DNA of 64,000 nt from assembly GCF_009914755.1 (NCBI RefSeq), contig NC_060948.1; one strand, given 5' to 3'. This stretch comes from the human T2T-CHM13v2.0 reference genome, Homo sapiens. This document shows positions 22,329-41,686 of the stretch, one piece after another. Both the position numbers and the translations under genes were made by a program. The number at the start of each line of letters is the position of its first letter. The first letter of the stretch is position 1. Under the pieces are notes generated by a model. That model did no database searches. It saw only the letters and a list, made by a program, of their open reading frames with translations, and was not told the DNA's origin.

Positions 22329-24432
22329 AGATCCATATTTTTTAAATGAAAAAAAATTTCAAAGGTACTCTGCTTGGTACAATAATCAAATGTATAAACT
22401 GAGGAATAAAACATAACCATGAAACCTACTTATAACTGCATATGGAAAATACAGAGGATAATTTTTTAAATAACATATTTTGAAAGCCTTAACTAGTAAT
22501 TTGAAGAGTTGGCATTTGAAAGGCCAGTATGAATATACCTTCAAAGCAGCAACACAGGTTCCCCATGAGAAAAAGCAAACACAGGGAAAATAAAAACACA
22601 AAGGTTCAATCTCTTCTGACCTTTGAAAGACACAGCACAGACAGTGGTCCTTAGGACGAAGAGCAGGAGACCCCTAATTCCGTCACCATGGCGATAGGGC
22701 ATAAACATTGCTGGGTGAGGGCACAATCCACATTGTGAGGTCCAACTGCTGCCAGGAAGACAGGAGTGCTTTTACATAGACCGAAAGGTCATTGAAGGCT
22801 CAGAGTTTTGTTTCAAGAACTGAATCCCAAGCCCACACGTTATTAGGCTGCGCTTCTTAAAACAAGTTATGAGATGGGAAAAAGGGCACCCACAAACATA
22901 CGTATACATTATGTATATAATAATATACAGTATCATATATATACTATATATAACCTATGTATAATATTGTTTTACATCCTGCATCTTATGTTATATATAT
23001 TGTATAAAATATAATAATTGATAATATATAAGTTTTATAAATATACAATATGACATATAGTATATATTATAATTTATGACATATATAATATATGTTATAT
23101 GTCATATATAGAATATATTATACGGTTAATATACGTATTAAATATAAATTATACATTATATATATTATATATAATATATCTGTTATATATAATACCCATT
23201 ATGCATAATATATATATTATGTCTATGTTATATATAGTATAAAACAACATATAATAATATATAATTGTATATATAAAATGCGACATATAACATATATTAT
23301 ATTTTATAACATATGTAATATATATTATATATTATATATAATATGTTGTATGTATAATACCTATATTAAATATATATTATTTGACTATGTTATTAATTAC
23401 ATGTCACATGTGTTATATATTGTATATTTTACATAGAATATATCGGTTACATACAATATATACTATGTTACCTATAATGTATAATTTATTACATGTAAAA
23501 TAAAGAATGCAATATATTATGTATAATTTATAATATACCATATGTGGAATGGATATATATAACATATAATATATGATATATGATATACAGTATATGATAT
23601 ATAACATACAATATATGATTCCTAATATATATGGTATACAATATATATTTTATGATATGTATTCTATATGTTTTATATTCTGTTATATATAACTATTTGA
23701 AATTATATATAACTGTATAATATTTTATGTAAATATGTAATATAATATATATAACTATATAATATATTATATATAACTATATATTATGTTATATATACTT
23801 TCATAACATAATTTACATAAAATATCATAATATAATATATATTATATTATTTCATATTACATAATATATATTACATATCACCCAATATAACTAACATACA
23901 TAATATTATAATATAGATTATATTATGTTATATTAAATATCATATAAATCATGTATCATATATTCTATAATATATATTACACATTATATAATATGTATGT
24001 TGTCTATTATGTGATATATATAACTATATATATAATTATATTTTTATACATATAACTAGATAAACATGTAATTCTACATATTTTCATTTATAATATGTAG
24101 AATTATATAATCATATATAATTATTTATATTCTATAAAAAATTTTATCATTACATAAATTATAATATATAAAAATTATAATATGTACTACAAATATATAT
24201 ATTATATATCATATATGATATAGTACCTTTGTTATATATCATAATACATATAAATGTGTATTATGTTATCTATAATTATATAATTTCATATATAAGATGT
24301 ATAATATGTATCATATATTATATATGTTATGTAATATATATAGTATATATAAGCTGACACAGGATAAATATTATATACTATGACATATAAAATATATCAG
24401 GTTATATGTTACATATAAGGCATAGCACATAA

Positions 24433-24747
<315 letters not shown>

Positions 24748-26851
24748 AGATCCATATTTTTTAAATGAAAAAAAATTTCAAAGGTACTCTGCTTGGTACA
24801 ATAATCAAATGTATAAACTGAGGAATAAAACATAACCATGAAACCTACTTATAACTGCATATGGAAAATACAGAGGATAATTTTTTAAATAACATATTTT
24901 GAAAGCCTTAACTAGTAATTTGAAGAGCTGGCATTTGAAAGGCCAGTATGAATATACATTCAAATCAGCAACACAGGTTCCCCATGAGAAAAAGCAAACA
25001 CAGGGAAAATAAAAACACAAAGGTTCAATCTCTTCTGACCTTTGAAAGACACAGCACAGACAGTGGTCCTTAGGACGAAGAGCAGGAGACCCCTGATTCC
25101 GTCACCATGGCGATAGGGCATAAACATTGCTGGGTGAGGGCACAATCCACATTGTGAGGTCCAACTGCTGCCAGGAAGACAGGAGTGCTTTTACATAGAC
25201 CGAAAGGTCATTGAAGGCTCAGAGTTTTGTTTCAAGAACTGAATCCCAAGCCCACACGTTATTAGGCTGCGCTTCTTAAAACAAGTTATGAGATGGGAAA
25301 AAGGGCACCCACAAACATACGTATACATTATGTATATAATAATATACAGTATCATATATATACTATATATAACCTATGTATAATATTGTTTTACATCCTG
25401 CATCTTATGTTATATATATTGTATAAAATATAATAATTGATAATATATAAGTTTTATAAATATACAATATGACATATAGTATATATTATAATTTATGACA
25501 TATATAATATATGTTATATGTCATATATAGAATATATTATACGGTTAATATACGTATTAAATATAAATTATACATTATATATATTATATATAATATATCT
25601 GTTATATATAATACCCATTATGCATAATATATATATTATGTCTATGTTATATATAGTATAAAACAACATATAATAATATATAATTGTATATATAAAATGC
25701 GACATATAACATATATTATATTTTATAACATATGTAATATATATTATATATTATATATAATATGTTGTATGTATAATACCTATATTAAATATATATTATT
25801 TGACTATGTTATTAATTACATGTCACATGTGTTATATATTGTATATTTTACATAGAATATATCGGTTACATACAATATATACTATGTTACCTATAATGTA
25901 TAATTTATTACATGTAAAATAAAGAATGCAATATATTATGTATAATTTATAATATACCATATGTGGAATGGATATATATAACATATAATATATGATATAT
26001 GATATACAGTATATGATATATAACATACAATATATGATTCCTAATATATATGGTATACAATATATATTTTATGATATGTATTCTATATGTTTTATATTCT
26101 GTTATATATAACTATTTGAAATTATATATAACTGTATAATATTTTATGTAAATATGTAATATAATATATATAACTATATAATATATTATATATAACTATA
26201 TATTATGTTATATATACTTTCATAACATAATTTACATAAAATATCATAATATAATATATATTATATTATTTCATATTACATAATATATATTACATATCAC
26301 CCAATATAACTAACATACATAATATTATAATATAGATTATATTATGTTATATTAAATATCATATAAATCATGTATCATATATTCTATAATATATATTACA
26401 CATTATATAATATGTATGTTGTCTATTATGTGATATATATAACTATATATATAATTATATTTTTATACATATAACTAGATAAACATGTAATTCTACATAT
26501 TTTCATTTATAATATGTAGAATTATATAATCATATATAATTATTTATATTCTATAAAAAATTTTATCATTACATAAATTATAATATATAAAAATTATAAT
26601 ATGTACTACAAATATATATATTATATATCATATATGATATAGTACCTTTGTTATATATCATAATACATATAAATGTGTATTATGTTATCTATAATTATAT
26701 AATTTCATATATAAGATGTATAATATGTATCATATATTATATATGTTATGTAATATATATAGTATATATAAGATGACACAGGATAAATATTATATACTAT
26801 GACATATAAAATATATCAGGTTATATGTTACATATAAGGCATAGCACATAA

Positions 26852-27166
<315 letters not shown>

Positions 27167-29271
27167 AGATCCATATTTTTTAAATGAAAAAAAATTTCAA
27201 AGGTACTCTGCTTGGTACAATAATCAAATGTATAAACTGAGGAATAAAACATAACCATGAAACCTACTTATAACTGCATATGGAAAATACAGAGGATAAT
27301 TTTTTAAATAACATATTTTGAAAGCCTTAACTAGTAATTTGAAGAGCTGGCATTTGAAAGGCCAGTATGAATATACATTCAAATCAGCAACACAGGTTCC
27401 CCATGAGAAAAAGCAAACACAGGGAAAATAAAAACACAAAGGTTCAATCTCTTCTGACCTTTGAAAGACACAGCACAGACAGTGGTCCTTAGGACGAAGA
27501 GCAGGAGACCCCTAATTCCGTCACCATGGCGATAGGGCATAAACATTGCTGGGTGAGGGCACAATCCACATTGTGAGGTCCAACTGCTGCCAGGAAGACA
27601 GGAGTGCTTTTACATAGACCGAAAGGTCATTGAAGGCTCAGAGTTTTGTTTCAAGAACTGAATCCCAAGCCCACACGTTATTAGGCTGCGCTTCTTAAAA
27701 CAAGTTATGAGATGGGAAAAAGGGCACCCACAAACATACGTATACATTATGTATATAATAATATACAGTGTCATATATTTAATATATATAACCTATGTAT
27801 AATATTGTTTTACATCCTGCATCTTATGTTATATATATTGTATAAAATATAATAATTGATAATATATAAGTTTTATAATTATACAATATGACATATAGTA
27901 TATATTATAATTTATGACATATATAATATATGTTATATGTCATATATAGAATATATTATACGGTTAATATACGTATTAAATATAAATTACACATTATATA
28001 TATTATATATAATATATCTGTTATATATAATACCCATTATGCATAATATATATATTATGTCTATGTTATATATAGTATAAAACAACATATAATAATATAT
28101 AATTGTATATATAAAATGCGACATATAATATATATTATATTTTATAACATATGTAATATATATTATATATTATATATAATACGTTGTATGTATAATACCT
28201 ATATTAAATATATATTATATGACTATGTTATTAATTACATGTCACATGTGTTATATATTATATATTTTACATAGAATATACCGGTTACATACAATATATA
28301 CTATGTTACCTATAATGTATAATTTATTACATGTAAAATAAAGAATGCAATATATTATGTATAATTTATAATATACCATATGTGGAATGTGATATATATA
28401 ACATATAATATATGATATATGATATACAGTATATGATATATAACATACAATATATGATTCCTAATATATATTGTATACAATATATATTTTATGATATGTA
28501 TTCTATATGTTTTATATTCTGTTATATATAACTATTTGAAATTATATATAACTGTATAATATTTTATGTAAATATGTAATATAATATATATAACTATATA
28601 ATATATTACATATAACTATATATTATGTTATATATACTTTTATAACATAATTTACATAAAATATCATAATGTAATATATATTATATTATTTCATATTACA
28701 TAATATATATTACATATCACCCAATATAACTAACATACATAATATTATAATATAGATTATATTGTGTTATATTAAATATCATATATATCATGTATCATAT
28801 ATTCTATAATATATATTACACATTATATAATATGTATGTTGTCTATTATGTGATATATATAACTATATATATAATTATATTTTTATACATATAACTAGAT
28901 AAACATGTAATTCTACATATTTTCATTTATAATATGTAGAATTACATAATCATATATAATTATTTATATTCTATAAAAAATTTTATCATTATATAAATTA
29001 TAATATATAAAAATTATAATATGTACTACAAATATATATATTATATATCATATATGATATAGTACCTTTGTTATATATCATAATACATATAAATGTGTAT
29101 TATGTTATCTATAATTATATAATTTCATATATAAGATGTATAATATGTATCATATATTATATATGTTATGTAATATATATAGTATATATAAGATGACACA
29201 GGATAAATATTATATACTATGACATATAAAATATATCAGGTTATATGTTACATATAAGGCATAGCACATAA

Positions 29272-29586
<315 letters not shown>

Positions 29587-31691
29587 AGATCCATATTTTT
29601 TAAATGAAAAAAAATTTCAAAGGTACTCTGCTTGGTACAATAATCAAATGTATAAACTGAGGAATAAAACATAACCATGAAACCTACTTATAACTGCATA
29701 TGGAAAATACAGAGGATAATTTTTTAAATAACATATTTTGAAAGCCTTAACTAACAATTTGAAGAGTTGGCATTTGAAAGGCCAATATGAATATACCTTC
29801 AAATCAGCAACACAGGTTCCCCATGAGAAAAAGCAAACACAGGGAAAATAAAAACACAAAGGTTCAATCTCTTTTGACCTTTGAAAGACACAGCACAGAC
29901 AGTGGTCCTTAGGACGAAGAGCAGGAGACCCCTAATTCCGTCACCATGGCGATAGGGCATAAACATTGCTGGGTGAGGGCACAATCCACATTGTGAGGTC
30001 CAACTGCTGCCAGGAAGACAGGAGTGCTTTTACATAGACCGAAAGGTCATTGAAGGCTCAGAGTTTTGTTTCAAGAACTGAATCCCAAGCCCACACGTTA
30101 TTAGGCTGCGCTTCTTAAAACAAGTTATGAGATGGGAAAAAGGGCACCCACAAACATACGTATACATTATGTATATAATAATATACAGTATCATATATAT
30201 AATATATATAACCTATGTATAATATTGTTTTACATCCTGCATCTTATGTTATATATATTGTATAAAATATAATAATTGATAATATATAAGATTTATAATT
30301 ATACAATATGACATATAGTATATATTATAATTTATGACATATATAATATATGTTATATATCATATGTAGAATATATTATACGGTTAATATACGTATTAAA
30401 TATAAATTATACATTATATATATTATATATAATATATCTGTTATATATAATACACATTATGCATAATATATATATTATGTCTATGTTATATATAGTATAA
30501 AACAACATATAATAATGTATAATTGTATATATAAAATGCGACATATAATATATATTTTATTTTATAACATATGTAATATATACTATATATTATATATAAT
30601 ACGTTGTATGTATAATACCTATATTAAATATATATTATATGACTATGTTATTAATTACATGTCACATGTGTTATATATTATACATTTTACATAGAATATA
30701 CCGGTTACATACAATATATACTATGTTACCTATAATGTGTAATTTATTACATGTAAAATAAAGAATGCAATATATTATGTATAATTTATAATATACAATA
30801 TGTGGAATGTGATATAGATAACATATAATATATGATATATGATATACAGTATATGATATATAACATACAATATATGATTCCTAATATATATGGTACACAA
30901 TATATATTTTATGATATGTATTCTATATGTTTTATATTCTGTTATATATAACTATTTGAAATTATATATAACTGTATAATATTTTATGTAAATATGTAAT
31001 ATAATATATATAACTATATAATATATTATATATAACTATATATTATGTTATATATACTTTCATAACATAATTTACATAAAATATCATAATATAATATATA
31101 TTATATTATTTCATATTACATAATATATATTACATATCACCCAATATAACTAACATACATAATATTATAATATAGATTATATTATGTTATATTAAATATC
31201 ATATAAATCATGTATCATATATTCTATAATATATATTACACATTATATAATATGTATGTTGTCTATTATGTGATATATATAACTATATATATAATTATAT
31301 TTTTATACATATAACTAGATAAACATGTAATTCTACATATTTTCATTTATAATATGTAGAATTATATAATCATATATAATTATTTATATTTTATAAAAAA
31401 TTTTATCATTACATAAATTATAATATATAAAAATTATAATATGTACTACAAATATATATATTATATATCATATATGATATAGTACCTTTGTTATATATCA
31501 TAATACATATAAATGTGTATTATGTTATCTATAATTATATAATTTCATATATAAGATGTATAATATGTATCATATATTATATATGTTATGTAATATATAT
31601 AGTATATATAAGATGACACAGGATAAGTATTATATACTATGACATATAAAATATATCAGGTTATATGTTACATATAAGGCATAGCACATAA

Positions 31692-32006
<315 letters not shown>

Positions 32007-34111
32007 AGATCCATATTTTTTAAATGAAAAAAAATTTCAAAGGTACTCTGCTTGGTACAATAATCAAATGTATAAACTGAGGAATAAAACATAACCATGA
32101 AACCTACTTATAACTGCATATGGAAAATACAGAGGATAATTTTTTAAATAACATATTTTGAAAGCCTTAACTAGTAATTTGAAGAGCTGGCATTTGAAAG
32201 GCCAGTATGAATATACATTCAAATCAGCAACACAGGTTCCCCATGAGAAAAAGCAAACACAGGGAAAATAAAAACACAAAGGTTCAATCTCTTCTGACCT
32301 TTGAAAGACACAGCACAGACAGTGGTCCTTAGGACGAAGAGCAGGAGACCCCTAATTCCGTCACCATGGCGATAGGGCATAAACATTGCTGGGTGAGGGC
32401 ACAATCCACATTGTGAGGTCCAACTGCTGCCAGGAAGACAGGAGTGCTTTTACATAGACCGAAAGGTCATTGAAGGCTCAGAGTTTTGTTTCAAGAACTG
32501 AATCCCAAGCCCACACGTTATTAGGCTGCGCTTCTTAAAACAAGTTATGAGATGGGAAAAAGGGCACCCACAAACATACGTATACATTATGTATATAATA
32601 ATATACAGTGTCATATATTTAATATATATAACCTATGTATAATATTGTTTTACATCCTGCATCTTATGTTATATATATTGTATAAAATATAATAATTGAT
32701 AATATATAAGTTTTATAATTATACAATATGACATATAGTATATATTATAATTTATGACATATATAATATATGTTATATGTCATATATAGAATATATTATA
32801 CGGTTAATATACGTATTAAATATAAATTACACATTATATATATTATATATAATATATCTGTTATATATAATACCCATTATGCATAATATATATATTATGT
32901 CTATGTTATATATAGTATAAAACAACATATAATAATATATAATTGTATATATAAAATGCGACATATAATATATATTATATTTTATAACATATGTAATATA
33001 TATTATATATTATATATAATACGTTGTATGTATAATACCTATATTAAATATATATTATATGACTATGTTATTAATTACATGTCACATGTGTTATATATTA
33101 TATATTTTACATAGAATATACCGGTTACATACAATATATACTATGTTACCTATAATGTATAATTTATTACATGTAAAATAAAGAATGCAATATATTATGT
33201 ATAATTTATAATATACCATATGTGGAATGTGATATATATAACATATAATATATGATATATGATATACAGTATATGATATATAACATACAATATATGATTC
33301 CTAATATATATTGTATACAATATATATTTTATGATATGTATTCTATATGTTTTATATTCTGTTATATATAACTATTTGAAATTATATATAACTGTATAAT
33401 ATTTTATGTAAATATGTAATATAATATATATAACTATATAATATATTACATATAACTATATATTATGTTATATATACTTTTATAACATAATTTACATAAA
33501 ATATCATAATGTAATATATATTATATTATTTCATATTACATAATATATATTACATATCACCCAATATAACTAACATACATAATATTATAATATAGATTAT
33601 ATTGTGTTATATTAAATATCATATATATCATGTATCATATATTCTATAATATATATTACACATTATATAATATGTATGTTGTCTATTATGTGATATATAT
33701 AACTATATATATAATTATATTTTTATACATATAACTAGATAAACATGTAATTCTACATATTTTCATTTATAATATGTAGAATTATATAATCATATATAAT
33801 TATTTATATTCTATAAAAAATTTTATCATTATATAAATTATAATATATAAAAATTATAATATGTACTACAAATATATATATTATATATCATATATGATAT
33901 AGTACCTTTGTTATATATCATAATACATATAAATGTGTATTATGTTATCTATAATTATATAATTTCATATATAAGATGTATAATATGTATCATATATTAT
34001 ATATGTTATGTAATATATATAGTATATATAAGATGACACAGGATAAATATTATATACTATGACATATAAAATATATCAGGTTATATGTTACATATAAGGC
34101 ATAGCACATAA

Positions 34112-34426
<315 letters not shown>

Positions 34427-36554
34427 AGATCCATATTTTTTAAATGAAAAAAAATTTCAAAGGTACTCTGCTTGGTACAATAATCAAATGTATAAACTGA
34501 GGAATAAAACATAACCATGAAACCTACTTATAACTGCATATGGAAAATACAGAGGATAATTTTTTAAATAACATATTTTGAAAGCCTTAACTAGTAATTT
34601 GAAGAGTTGGCATTTGAAAGGCCAGTATGAATATACCTTCAAATCAGCAACACAGGTTCCCCATGAGAAAAAGCAAACACAGGGAAAATAAAAACACAAA
34701 GGTTCAATCTCTTTTGACCTTTGAAAGACACAGCACAGACAGTGGTCCTTAGGACGAAGAGCAGGAGACCCCTAATTCCGTCACCATGGCGATAGGGCAT
34801 AAACATTGCTGGGTGAGGGCACAATCCACATTGTGAGGTCCAACTGCTGCCAGGAAGACAGGAGTGCTTTTACATAGACCGAAAGGTCATTGAAGGCTCA
34901 GAGTTTTGTTTCAAGAACTGAATCCCAAGCCCACACGTTATTAGGCTGCGCTTCTTAAAACAAGTTATGAGATGGGAAAAAGGGCACCCACAAACATACG
35001 TATACATTATGTATATAATAATATACAGTATCATATATATAATATATATAACCTATGTATAATATTGTTTTACATCCTGCATCTTATGTTATATATATTG
35101 TATAAAATATAATAATTGATAATATATAAGATTTATAATTATACAATATGACATATAGTATATATTATAATTTATGACATATATAATATATGTTATATAT
35201 CATATGTAGAATATATTATACGGTTAATATACGTATTAAATATAAATTATACATTATATATATTATATATAATATATCTGTTATATATAATACACATTAT
35301 GCATAATATATATATTATGTCTATGTTATATATAGTACAAAACAACATATAATAATGTATAATTGTATATATAAAATGCGACATATAATATATATTATAT
35401 TTTATAACATATGTAATATATACTATATATTATATATAATACGTTGTATGTATAATACCTATATTAAATATATATTATATGACTATGTTATTAATTACAT
35501 GTCACATGTGTTATATATTATACATTTTACATAGAATATACCGGTTACATACAATATATACTATGTTACCTATAATGTGTAATTTATTACATGTAAAATA
35601 AAGAATGCAATATATTATGTATAATTTATAATATACAATATGTGGAATGTGATATATATAACATATAATATATGATATATGATATACAGTATATGATATA
35701 TAACATACAATATATGATTCCTAATATATATGGTATACAATATATATTTTATGATATGTATTCTATATGTTTTATATTCTGTTATATATAACTATTTGAA
35801 ATTATATATAACTGTATAATATTTTATGTAAATATGTAATATAATATATATAACTATATAATATATTATAGACAACTATATATTATGTTATATATACTTT
35901 TATAACATAATTTACATAAAATATCATAATATAATATATATTATATTATTTCATATTACATAATATATATTACATATCACCCAATATAACTAACATACAT
36001 AATATTATAATATAGATTATATTGTGTTATATTAAATATCATATATATCATGTATCATATATTCTATAATATATATTACACATTATATAATATGTATGTT
36101 GTCTATTATGTGATATATATAACTATATATATAATTATATTTTTATACATATAACTAGATAAACATGTAATTCTACATATTTTCATTTATAATATGTAGA
36201 ATTATATAATCATATATAATTATTTATATTCTATAAAAAATTTTATCATTATATAAATTATAATATATAAAAATTATAATATGTACTACAAATATATATA
36301 TTATATATCATATATGATATAGTACCTTTGTTATATATCATAATACATATAAATGTGTATTATGTTATCTATAATTATATAATTTCATATATAAGATGTA
36401 TAATATGTATCATATATTATATATGTTATGTAATATATATAGTATATATAAGATGACACAGGATAAATATTATATACTATGACATATAAAATATATCAGG
36501 TTATATGTTACATATAAGGCATAGCACATAACATGTAATATGTATCATATATAA

Positions 36555-36846
36555 TTTTTTTTTAGACAGAATCTTGTCCTGTTGCACAGGGTGGGGTACA
36601 ATGGCGCCATCTTTGCTCACTGCAACTTCTGCCTCATGGGTCCAAGCGATTGTCCTCCCTCAGCCTCCCAGGTAGCTGGGACTACACCACACTGGGACTA
36701 CACCAGCTGCCACCATGCCTAGCTAATTTTTTGTATTTTTAGTAGTGACAATGTTTCACTGTATTGGCCAGGATGGTCTTGATCTCTTTACCTTGTGATC
36801 CCCTTGCCTTGGCCTCCAAATTTGCTGGGATTACAGGCCTGAGCCA
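36555..36846 (-). mobile_element. Alu copy, unit 16
   Basis: Same Alu; catggg/ttgtatt/atgttt/ctcttta variants. Confidence 0.93.
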
Positions 36847-38951
36847 AGATCCATATTTTTTAAATGAAAAAGAATTTCAAAGGTACTCTGCTTGGTACAA
36901 TAATCAAATGTATAAACTGAGGAATAAAACATAACCATGAAACCTACTTATAACTGCATATGGAAAATACAGAGGATAATTTTTTAAATAACATATTTTG
37001 AAAGCCTTAACTAGTAATTTGAAGAGTTGGCATTTGAAAGGCCAGTATGAATATACCTTCAAAGCAGCAACACAGGTTCCCCATGAGAAAAAGCAAACAC
37101 AGGGAAAATAAAAACACAAAGGTTCAATCTCTTCTGACCTTTGAAAGACACAGCACAGACAGTGGTCCTTAGGACGAAGAGCAGGAGACCCCTAATTCCG
37201 TCACCATGGCGATAGGGCATAAACATTGCTGGGTGAGGGCACAATCCACATTGTGAGGTCCAACTGCTGCCAGGAAGACAGGAGTGCTTTTACATAGACC
37301 GAAAGGTCATTGAAGGCTGAGAGTTTTGTTTCAAGAACTGAATCCCAAGCCCACACGTTATTAGGCTGCGCTTCTTAAAACAAGTTATGAGATGGGAAAA
37401 AGGGCACCCACAAACATACGTATACATTATGTATATAATAATATACAGTATCATATATATAATATATATAACCTATGTATAATATTGTTTTACATCCTGC
37501 ATCTTATGTTATATATATTGTATAAAATATAATAATTGATAATATATAAGTTTTATAATTATACAATATGACATATAGTATATATTATAATTTATGACAT
37601 ATATAATATATGTTATATATCATATGTAGAATATATTATACGGTTAATATACGTATTAAATATAAATTATACATTATATATATTATATATAATATATCTG
37701 TTATATATAATACCCATTATGCATAATATATATATTATGTCTATGTTATATATAGTATAAAACAACATATAATAATATATAATTGTATATATAAAATGCG
37801 ACAGATAATATATATTATATTTTATAACATATGTAATATATATTATATATTATATATAATACGTTGTATGTATAATACCTATATTAAATATATATTATAT
37901 GACTATGTTATTAATTACATGTCACATGTGTTATATATTATATATTTTACATAGAATATACCGGTTACATACAATATATACTATGTTACCTATAATGTGT
38001 AATTTATTACATGTAAAATAAAGAATGCAATATATTATGTATAATTTATAATATACAATATGTGGAATGTGATATATATAACATATAATATATGATATAT
38101 GATATACAGTATATGATATATAACATACAATATATGATTCCTAATATATATGGTATACAATATATATTTTATGATATGTATTCTATATGTTTTATATTCT
38201 GTTATATATAACTATTTGAAATTATATATAACTGTATAATATTTTATGTAAATATGTAATATAATATATATAACTATATAATATATTATAGATAACTATA
38301 TATTATGTTATATATAATTTTATAACATAATTTACATAAAATATCATAATATAATATATATTATATTATTTCATATTACATAATATATATTACATATCAC
38401 CCAATATAACTAACATACATAATATTATAACATAGATTATATTGTGTTATATTAAATATCATATATATCATTTATCATATATTCTATAATATATATTACA
38501 CATTATATAATATGTATGTTGTCTATTATGTGATATATATAACTATATATATAATTATATTTTTATACATATAACTAGATAAACATGTAATTCTACATAT
38601 TTTCATTTATAATATGTAGAATTATATAATCATATATAATTATTTATATTCTATAAAAAATTTTATCATTATATAAATTATAATATATAAAAATTATAAT
38701 ATGTACTACAAATATATATATTATATATCATATATGATATAGTACCTTTGTTATATATCATAATACATATAAATGTGTATTATGTTATCTATAATTATAT
38801 AATTTCATATAAAAGATGTATAACATGTATCATATATTATATATGTTATGTAATATATATAGTATATATAAGATGACACAGGATAAATATTATATACTAT
38901 GACATATAAAATATATCAGGTTATATGTTACATATAAGGCATAGCACATAA

Positions 38952-39266
<315 letters not shown>

Positions 39267-41394
39267 AGATCCATATTTTTTAAATGAAAAAAAATTTCAA
39301 AGGTACTCTGCTTGGTACAATAATCAAATGTATAAACTGAGGAATAAAACATAACCATGAAACCTACTTATAACTGCATATGGAAAATACAGAGGATAAT
39401 TTTTTAAATAACATATTTTGAAAGCCTTAACTAGTAATTTGAAGAGTTGGCATTTGAAAGGCCAGCATGAATATACCTTCAAATCAGCAACACAGGTTCC
39501 CCATGAGAAAAAGCAAACACAGGGAAAATAAAAACACAAAGGTTCAATCTCTTTTGACCTTTGAAAGACACAGCACAGACAGTGGTCCTTAGGACGAAGA
39601 GCAGGAGACCCCTAATTCCGTCACCATGGCGATAGGGCATAAACATTGCTGGGTGAGGGCACAATCCACATTGTGAGGTCCAACTGCTGCCAGGAAGACA
39701 GGAGTGCTTTTACATAGACCGAAAGGTCATTGAAGGCTCAGAGTTTTGTTTCAAGAACTGAATCCCAAGCCCACACGTTATTAGGCTGCGCTTCTTAAAA
39801 CAAGTTATGAGATGGGAAAAAGGGCACCCACAAACATACGTATACATTATGTATATAATAATATACAGTATCATATATATAATATATATAACCTATGTAT
39901 AATATTGTTTTACATCCTGCATCTTATGTTATATATATTGTATAAAATATAATAATTGATAATATATAAGATTTATAATTATACAATATGACATATAGTA
40001 TATATTATAATTTATGACATATATAATATATGTTATATATCATATGTAGAATATATTATACGGTTAATATACGTATTAAATATAAATTATACATTATATA
40101 TATTATATATAATATATCTGTTATATATAATACACATTATGCATAATATATATATTATGTCTATGTTATATATAGTACAAAACAACATATAATAATGTAT
40201 AATTGTATATATAAAATGCGACATATAATATATATTATATTTTATAACATATGTAATATATACTATATATTATATATAATACGTTGTATGTATAATACCT
40301 ATATTAAATATATATTATATGACTATGTTATTAATTACATGTCACATGTGTTATATATTATACATTTTACATAGAATATACCGGTTACATACAATATATA
40401 CTATGTTACCTATAATGTGTAATTTATTACATGTAAAATAAAGAATGCAATATATTATGTATAATTTATAATATACAATATGTGGAATGTGATATATATA
40501 ACATATAATATATGATATATGATATACAGTATATGATATATAACATACAATATATGATTCCTAATATATATGGTATACAATATATATTTTATGATATGTA
40601 TTCTATATGTTTTATATTCTGTTATATATAACTATTTGAAATTATATATAACTGTATAATATTTTATGTAAATATGTAATATAATATATATAACTATATA
40701 ATATATTATAGATAACTATATATTATGTTATATATACTTTTATAACATAATTTACATAAAATATCATAATATAATATATATTATATTATTTCATATTACA
40801 TAATATATATTACATATCACCCAATATAACTAACATACATAATATTATAATATAGATTATATTGTGTTATATTAAATATCATATATATCATGTATCATAT
40901 ATTCTATAATATATATTACACATTATATAATATGTATGTTGTCTATTATGTGATATATATAACTATATATATAATTATATTTTTATACATATAACTAGAT
41001 AAACATGTAATTCTACATATTTTCATTTATAATATGTAGAATTATATAATCATATATAATTATTTATATTCTATAAAAAATTTTATCATTATATAAATTA
41101 TAATATATAAAAATTATAATATGTACTACAAATATATATATTATATATCATATATGATATAGTACCTTTGTTATATATCATAATACATATAAATGTGTAT
41201 TATGTTATCTATAATTATATAATTTCATATATAAGATGTATAATATGTATCATATATTATATATGTTATGTAATATATATAGTATATATAAGATGACACA
41301 GGATAAATATTATATACTATGACATATAAAATATATCAGGTTATATGTTACATATAAGGCATAGCACATAACATGTAATATGTATCATATATAA

Positions 41395-41686
41395 TTTTTT
41401 TTTAGACAGAATCTTGTCCTGTTGCACAGGGTGGGGTACAATGGCGCCATCTTTGCTCACTGCAACTTCTGCCTCATGGGTCCAAGCGATTGTCCTCCCT
41501 CAGCCTCCCAGGTAGCTGGGACTACACCACACTGGGACTACACCAGCTGCCACCATGCCTAGCTAATTTTTTGTATTTTTAGTAGTGACAATGTTTCACT
41601 GTATTGGCCAGGATGGTCTTGATCTCTTTACCTTGTGATCCCCTTGCCTTGGCCTCCAAATTTGCTGGGATTACAGGCCTGAGCCA
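41395..41686 (-). mobile_element. Alu copy, unit 18
   Basis: Same variant set as unit 16. Confidence 0.93.

Noticed and set aside
22386-22601. 71-aa ORF present only from unit 10 onward
   Set aside because: It arises from the subfamily SNP (aactcagg to aacacagg) that removes a stop codon. It is useful as a marker, but there is no evidence that it is a gene.
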